Assembly: GCA_022530585.1 (NCBI GenBank)
Contig: CP092821.1
Location: forward strand, 753,931 to 817,930
Reading direction: 5' to 3'
From: Candidatus Nealsonbacteria bacterium DGGOD1a
GTDB lineage: Bacteria > Patescibacteriota > Minisyncoccia > Minisyncoccales > UBA5738
Length of the DNA: 64,000 bases
This document shows, in pieces, positions 61,442-64,000 of this stretch (within the stretch, counting starts at the first letter, position 1; every line of letters starts with the position of its first letter). A program made the translations under genes and the position numbers. Under the pieces are notes generated by a model that did not search any database, was not told where the DNA came from, and saw only the letters and a program-made list of their open reading frames with translations.

Positions 61442-61627
61442 CTATGCCGCGGCCGCGGCTTCCGCCTCCGCCTTGCCCATAATTTTAAACATCTTGGTGC
61501 CGCAAACCGGGCATTCGCCGGTCATCGCCTGGCGCACCATTCCGCCCTTGCCCTTCATCTCCACGGGTTTCTCGTTCTTCATTTCCTGTTTGGCCTTGCA
61601 CTTAACGCAATATCCGATTGTTGCCAT
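61442..61627 (-). CDS. small zinc-ribbon protein (DUF5679-like)
   Basis: 61 aa; CVKCK...CPVCGTKMF. Confidence 0.5.
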   Translation of the reverse strand: MATIGYCVKCKAKQEMKNEKPVEMKGKGGMVRQAMTGECPVCGTKMFKIMGKAEAEAAAAA

Positions 61628-61784
61628 GATATTATTTATTATTTATTATTTTTACTTATTCGAACTTATCCAAAATAAATCCGATATGCCGGTTTGATTG
61701 AAACGACCTTTAACCGGCCTAGATTGCTTTGCTTTATATAGAGTAATTGAGCTTAAAAATTAAGTCAAGGGCGATAAATTAATT

Positions 61785-61905
61785 AAAAATGCAAAAATCA
61801 AAATGAAAAATGACAATTTAAAGTTGAAAAATGTTCAAATCGCGACATTTTAACATTTTGCATTGTCATTTTGATCTTTGATTTTTACATTTTACATTTT
61901 ACATC
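61785..61905. repeat. family E palindromic element
   Basis: AAAATGCAAAAATCAAAATGAAAAATGACAATTTAAAGTTGAAAAATGTTCAAATCGCGACATTTTAACATTTTGCATTGTCATTTTGATCTTTGATTTTTACATTTT. Confidence 0.85.
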
Positions 61906-61951
61906 GAACGCGGTTTATTCTAATATGAAGCCATCTTAATCCCAATTTAAG

Positions 61952-62111
61952 GGGTCTGTCGCCGAATTAGCTTCAGAACGAAATTTTCAGTTTTCGAGCG
62001 AAAAGAATGAAGAATGAGGAGGCATATTTAAGCTAAATCCGGCGACGAATGATGAATTCTTTGCAGCCGAAAAATGGAAATTGCAGTTGAAGCTAATTCG
62101 GCGACAGACCC
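61952..62111. repeat. perfect 24-bp inverted repeat enclosing 112 bp, ending 8 nt before the ppaC start
   Basis: GGGTCTGTCGCCGAATTAGCTTCA (61952-61975) and TGAAGCTAATTCGGCGACAGACCC (62088-62111). Confidence 0.85.
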
Positions 62112-62119
62112 AAAAGAAT

Positions 62120-63043
62120 ATGCCACAAGAAAAAATTTATGTTATCGGGCATAAATCGCCCGATACCGACACGGTTTGCTCGGCGATCGCCTATGCCGAA
62201 TATCTCAAAAAAAACAAGGTTAACGCGGTGGCCGCGGTTTGCGGCGATTTGAATCCGGAAACCAAATTCGTGCTGGATTATTTCAAGGTCGGCAAACCCC
62301 AAAAAATGACTTCCGCCTCGGGAAAAACCCTGGTATTGGTCGATCATAACGAAACCGGCCAGATGCCCGAAGGCGCGGATACGGCCAGGATTATCGAAGT
62401 CATCGACCATCACAAAATTTCTTTCCAAGGGAACGAACCGATAAAATTCCGCACCGAACCGGTTGGATCAACCGCGACCATTGTCGCCGGAATAATGCTG
62501 GCCGACAAATTCAAAATCACCAAGCAATTGGCCGGGATTCTGGTTTCGGCGATATTGTCCGACACCGTGGTTTTCAAATCGGCAACCACCGCCGAAATTG
62601 ACGCTAAAACCGCCAAGACGCTTGGCAAAATCGCCAAAATATCCAATTTAAAAACTTTCGGCATCGAAATCAAAAAACAAAAAGCCAGCCTGAAAGGACT
62701 TACCGCGGAACAAATTCTACATTCCGACTATAAGGAATTTGATGCTAACGGAAAGAAATTTGCCGTCGGCCAAATCGAAGTAGTGGACATAAGAGAAGCC
62801 AAAAACCGCACGGCAGAGATCCTTCGGCAAATGGAAAGCAACAATACGGAAAACAATTTGGCGTTCACCGTACTGATGGCCACCGATATCATCAATTGCG
62901 GATCCCAACTCTTAATTGCCGGCGATGCCGCGCCGATCGAAAAAGCTTTCGGCAAAACCTGCGCCAATAACGCGATTTATATGGAAAATATGATGTCTCG
63001 CAAAAAAGACCTCCTGCCGCCCGTAATGAAAGCAATCGGTTAG
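62120..63043 (+). CDS. ppaC: manganese-dependent inorganic pyrophosphatase (family II, DHH)
   Basis: Start reset to MPQEKIYVIGHKSPDTDTVCSAIAYAEY; DHNE and DHHK motifs present. Confidence 0.85.
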   Translation: MPQEKIYVIGHKSPDTDTVCSAIAYAEYLKKNKVNAVAAVCGDLNPETKFVLDYFKVGKPQKMTSASGKTLVLVDHNETGQMPEGADTARIIEVIDHHKISFQGNEPIKFRTEPVGSTATIVAGIMLADKFKITKQLAGILVSAILSDTVVFKSATTAEIDAKTAKTLGKIAKISNLKTFGIEIKKQKASLKGLTAEQILHSDYKEFDANGKKFAVGQIEVVDIREAKNRTAEILRQMESNNTENNLAFTVLMATDIINCGSQLLIAGDAAPIEKAFGKTCANNAIYMENMMSRKKDLLPPVMKAIG

Positions 63044-63112
63044 CCGCTCAATATTGCCAAAAGCGAATTTGTTGAGGTTTGACCTCAACTTTACCTCAAC
63101 TTTAGGAATAAT

Positions 63113-63174
63113 CTTGAATTGCGAAACGCTTTTGCATTCGAGGTATTTGAATTTAATGGTTTCGTAATTTAAAG
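63113..63174. mobile_element. core-less family G MITE remnant
   Basis: CTTGAATTGCGAAACGCTTTTGC + ATTCGAGGTATTTGAATTTAATGGTTTCGTAATTTAAAG. The second part matches the long arm of 16860-16984. Confidence 0.6.
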
Positions 63175-63191
63175 CAATAAGCAATAACAAT

Positions 63192-63770
63192 ATGTTTACC
63201 GGAATAATAACAAATTTGGGCAAAATCGCGGAAATAACCACCGCGAAATTGGTTGTTGAAACCGGCGCGGATTTTTGCGCCAAGCTGGAAATCGGCGCCA
63301 GCGTCGCGATCAACGGCATTTGCCTGACGGTCACGGTTTTTGACAAAAGTTCTTTTGCCGTGGAAGTAATGCCCGAAACCGTGAAACGCACCAATTTGCA
63401 ATACCTGCGAATCGGCGGCGAAGTAAATCTGGAAATGCCGGCCACCGGAGAATCGTTTCTGGCCGGCCATATTGTCCAAGGCCACATCGACGGCATCGTC
63501 CAACTGCGGAGCATAACCGATGACGGCAACAGCCGCGTATTAAAATTTGCCGTGGATAAAACCTTAGTTAAATATATCGTCGAGAAAGGCTCAATCGCGG
63601 TCAACGGCGTTTCGTTGACCGTAATCGAAGCGGGAAACGATTATTTCACCGTCGGCATCATCCCCCACACCTGGGACGCGACCATGTTCCACAATTTCAA
63701 AACCGGAGATTTTGCCAATATCGAGGTTGATGTTCTGGCAAAATATATTGAAAAACTAATCAAAAAATAG
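63192..63770 (+). CDS. ribE: riboflavin synthase (alpha chain)
   Basis: 192 aa; MFTGIITNLGKI and the internal repeat GHIVQGHIDG. Confidence 0.85.
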   Translation: MFTGIITNLGKIAEITTAKLVVETGADFCAKLEIGASVAINGICLTVTVFDKSSFAVEVMPETVKRTNLQYLRIGGEVNLEMPATGESFLAGHIVQGHIDGIVQLRSITDDGNSRVLKFAVDKTLVKYIVEKGSIAVNGVSLTVIEAGNDYFTVGIIPHTWDATMFHNFKTGDFANIEVDVLAKYIEKLIKK

Positions 63771-64000
63771 ATGAAAGATATTAAAGACATAAAAATCGCC
63801 GTCATCAGCGCCGCTTTTCACAAAGAAGTCACCGATAACCTCGAAAAACATTGCGTTGACACCCTCAAAGAAAAAGGATTGTCCGACAGCCAAATCGAAA
63901 TCACAAAAATTCCGGGCGCGCTGGAAATACCGCTGATGGCCAAAAAAATGGCGAAGAAAAAAATTTATGACGCGATCATCGTCTTTGGCGCGATCCACAA
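63771..64000 (+). CDS. ribH: 6,7-dimethyl-8-ribityllumazine synthase, 5' part (truncated by the window end)
   Basis: The ATG at 63771 comes right after the ribE stop. Hand translation gives MKDIKDIKIAVISAAFHKEVTDNLEKHCVDTLKEKGLSDSQIEITKIPGALEIPLMAKKMAKKKIYDAIIVFGAIH. It is absent from the ORF track because there is no stop inside the window. Confidence 0.75.
   Translation, partial: MKDIKDIKIAVISAAFHKEVTDNLEKHCVDTLKEKGLSDSQIEITKIPGALEIPLMAKKMAKKKIYDAIIVFGAIH

Noticed and set aside
1-64000. Alternative genetic code (UGA read as a sense codon) as the explanation for the split genes.
   Set aside because: prfB with a UGA-dependent frameshift site is present, and conserved genes terminate at TGA (for example the patatin-like gene at 18308-18310). 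The giant-gene and bactofilin-like splits are explained by a 95-bp duplication and a 1-nt frame change, not by stop-codon read-through.

Overview
This 64-kb window looks like a small-genome, CPR/Patescibacteria-like bacterium; that lineage call is an inference. It uses the standard genetic code: RF2 is present with the canonical CTT-TGA-C +1 frameshift, and TGA is used as a stop. Ribosomal protein L30 is absent. Nearly all genes lie on the minus strand.

Gene content, left to right:
- An accessory/mobile patch: a RadC-Dam methyltransferase fusion, a large serine recombinase, and an HNH-domain gene bracketed by ~120-nt structured direct repeats next to tRNA-Gln.
- ftsX-ftsE-prfB, tRNA-Thr, and an unassigned ~155-nt structured RNA candidate.
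- A UvrD-type helicase fused to a Cas4-like nuclease, and an Rrf2-IscS-IscU operon.
- A 1.8-kb two-gene cassette bracketed by inverted MITE copies.
- AlkD-like, secreted SNase, patatin, GalT and GT2 genes.
- A complete str-S10-spc ribosomal cluster running from rpsL to secY-adk-map.
- A 14-kb giant surface-fibre gene.
- An M50 protease, L28, tRNA-Pro, a P-type ATPase, an atypical Adk paralogue, a ComEC-type MBL protein, PpaC, and ribE-ribH (ribH is cut by the window end).

Three things stand out:
1. The giant gene encodes an N-terminally anchored, phage-tail-fibre-like filament ending in a peptidase-S74 intramolecular chaperone domain. It is built on eight near-identical in-register ~280-bp modules. 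A perfect 95-bp tandem duplication splits it into two ORFs, and removing one copy restores a single 4,650-codon frame.
2. At least eight families of AT-rich palindromic or MITE-like elements fill almost every intergenic spacer, including 20 of 26 junctions inside the normally compact ribosomal-protein operons.
3. The tRNA-Gln-linked duplicated structured element brackets an HNH cassette.

All repeat and identity statements come from reading the sequence by eye. No database searches were run.
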